Positions 46,598-47,681 of a stretch of 47,681 nucleotides of DNA are shown piece after piece. Numbering within the stretch: position 1 is the first letter of the stretch; each line of letters opens with the position of its first letter. The notes under the pieces are model-generated. The model made no database searches, had not been told where the DNA came from, and worked only from the letters and a program-made list of their open reading frames with translations. Source of the DNA: Patescibacteria group bacterium (lineage in GTDB: Bacteria > Patescibacteriota > UBA1384 > 2-12-FULL-50-11); assembly GCA_022843855.1 (NCBI GenBank), contig JALHMV010000004.1, positions 1 through 47,681 of the forward strand. Direction: 5' to 3'. The position numbers and the translations under genes were made by a program.

Positions 46598-47305
46598 TCA
46601 TTTCTTAGCGATCGTTTCCCAGCGAGATAGCGCGTCGGTAGCGGCAGTTTGCTCAGCGCGTTGCTTGGAGCTACCAGAGCCCTGAGCAATTAATCGTCCG
46701 TGAGCGTAGACGCCTACAATAAATTCTTTCTGATGATCGGGTCCCGTTTCTCCAAGTACTTTATACTCGGGAGTAGCGTTCAAATCTTCCTGACTGAGTT
46801 CTTGCAGACGAGATTTTGGGTCAACGTAGAGTCGCTTCTCAATAATCTCTGGTAAAAGACTAACGAGATACTTGTGAATGAATTCGGATGCCTGAGCGTA
46901 ACCCATATCAAGGTAGATTGCGCCGATAAGCGCCTCAAACGTGTTGGCCAGTATTAGGCTTCGTGTTCGGCCGCCGCTTTTTTCCTCACCCTTACTTAAG
47001 TAGAGGTAGTCACCAAGTTTAATTTCGGCGGCAACTTTAGCCAACACCTCGCCCTTAACAATTGAACTACGCCAGTTTGTGAGCTCTCCCTCGGGATTGT
47101 CAAAATTTTTGTAGAGATATTCCGTTACAACCAGCTCCAAGACGGCGTCACCGAGAAATTCTAAGCGCTCGTTGTGTTCCTGCGTGTTATCAGCCGCTTC
47201 GTTGAGATATGAACGATGAACGAACGCGTTTCTGAGTAGCGACTGGTTGGTGAAAGACAGGCCGCTTTTTTTCTGAAAATCTTCAATTGTCGCGCTCTGG
47301 GGCAT
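46598..47305 (-). CDS. rnc: Ribonuclease III
   Basis: 235 aa from ATG 47305 ([10 protein letters not shown]...). RNase III signature [12 protein letters not shown] and a C-terminal dsRBD (KEFIVGVY...[14 protein letters not shown]). The longer track ORF start at 47419 lies inside nusB. Confidence 0.92.
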   Translation of the reverse strand: MPQSATIEDFQKKSGLSFTNQSLLRNAFVHRSYLNEAADNTQEHNERLEFLGDAVLELVVTEYLYKNFDNPEGELTNWRSSIVKGEVLAKVAAEIKLGDYLYLSKGEEKSGGRTRSLILANTFEALIGAIYLDMGYAQASEFIHKYLVSLLPEIIEKRLYVDPKSRLQELSQEDLNATPEYKVLGETGPDHQKEFIVGVYAHGRLIAQGSGSSKQRAEQTAATDALSRWETIAKK

Positions 47306-47681
47306 CGGCCTCTGTTTTTTCTTTAGTTGCTGCGGCTTCCTCGGCGACAAAGCGATCGCTATTGCGGTAGAGCGTACCAAGCACGCCGTTAATAAATTTT
47401 GACGAGTTCTCGCCGCCAAATGTTTTGGCTAGCTCAACAGCTTCGTTAATCGCTACTTTTGGCGGGATGTCCTGGCTCTTGAGAAGCTCGTAGCCAGCAA
47501 TTCGTAAGATACTCTTGTCGATAACAGATATCTGGTCAAGCGGCCACTCCGGAGCGGCCGCGGCGATTAGCGTATCAACCTCGTCGATAAAAGCTGCCGT
47601 TCCTTCAACCGTCGCCTTGAGATACTCCATATCGACGTCTTTCTCAACGGGTTTGACGACTCGTTCCGCTATCTCCCACAC
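47283..47681 (-). CDS. nusB: Transcription antitermination factor NusB (5' end lies outside the window)
   Basis: [23 protein letters not shown]...[30 protein letters not shown] is typical NusB. Acidic/Lys C-terminal tail. Confidence 0.88.
   Translation of the reverse strand: MWEIAERVVKPVEKDVDMEYLKATVEGTAAFIDEVDTLIAAAAPEWPLDQISVIDKSILRIAGYELLKSQDIPPKVAINEAVELAKTFGGENSSKFINGVLGTLYRNSDRFVAEEAAATKEKTEADAPERDN

Overview
This 47.7-kb window comes from a small-genome bacterium that uses the standard genetic code (TGA acts as a stop). Three things point to a reduced CPR/Patescibacteria-like lineage, plausibly Saccharibacteria: the str operon, an S10-spc-alpha ribosomal superoperon with no rpmD (L30), and domain-pruned RpoA, PheRS, AspRS and S4. 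That assignment is inference only.

Layout:
(1) 1-4680: rpsL fragment, rpsG, a small membrane ORF, fusA, tuf, rpsJ.
(2) 4681-24539: about 20 kb of compositionally mosaic accessory DNA that separates rpsJ from rplC. It contains:
- a Type I R-M operon with two embedded non-hsd genes (an NYN nuclease-like gene and an OLD-like ABC-ATPase/Toprim gene);
- a four-gene membrane/protease module coupled to the hsdR 3' end;
- a GC-rich three-gene minus-strand operon of unknown function;
- metK under a SAM-I riboswitch;
- a heliorhodopsin-hydrolase pair;
- several secreted or membrane hypotheticals.
(3) 24540-40002: rplC through rpsI, including secY, adk, map, infA, rpmJ and rpoA.
(4) 40093-47681: rbfA, pheS, pheT, aspS, a PBP5-type carboxypeptidase, a membrane protein, and convergent rnc and a nusB fragment.

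No rRNA, tRNA, CRISPR array, transposase or integrase was seen. The best candidates for an undescribed system are the composite hsd operon, its downstream module, and the unknown three-gene operon.
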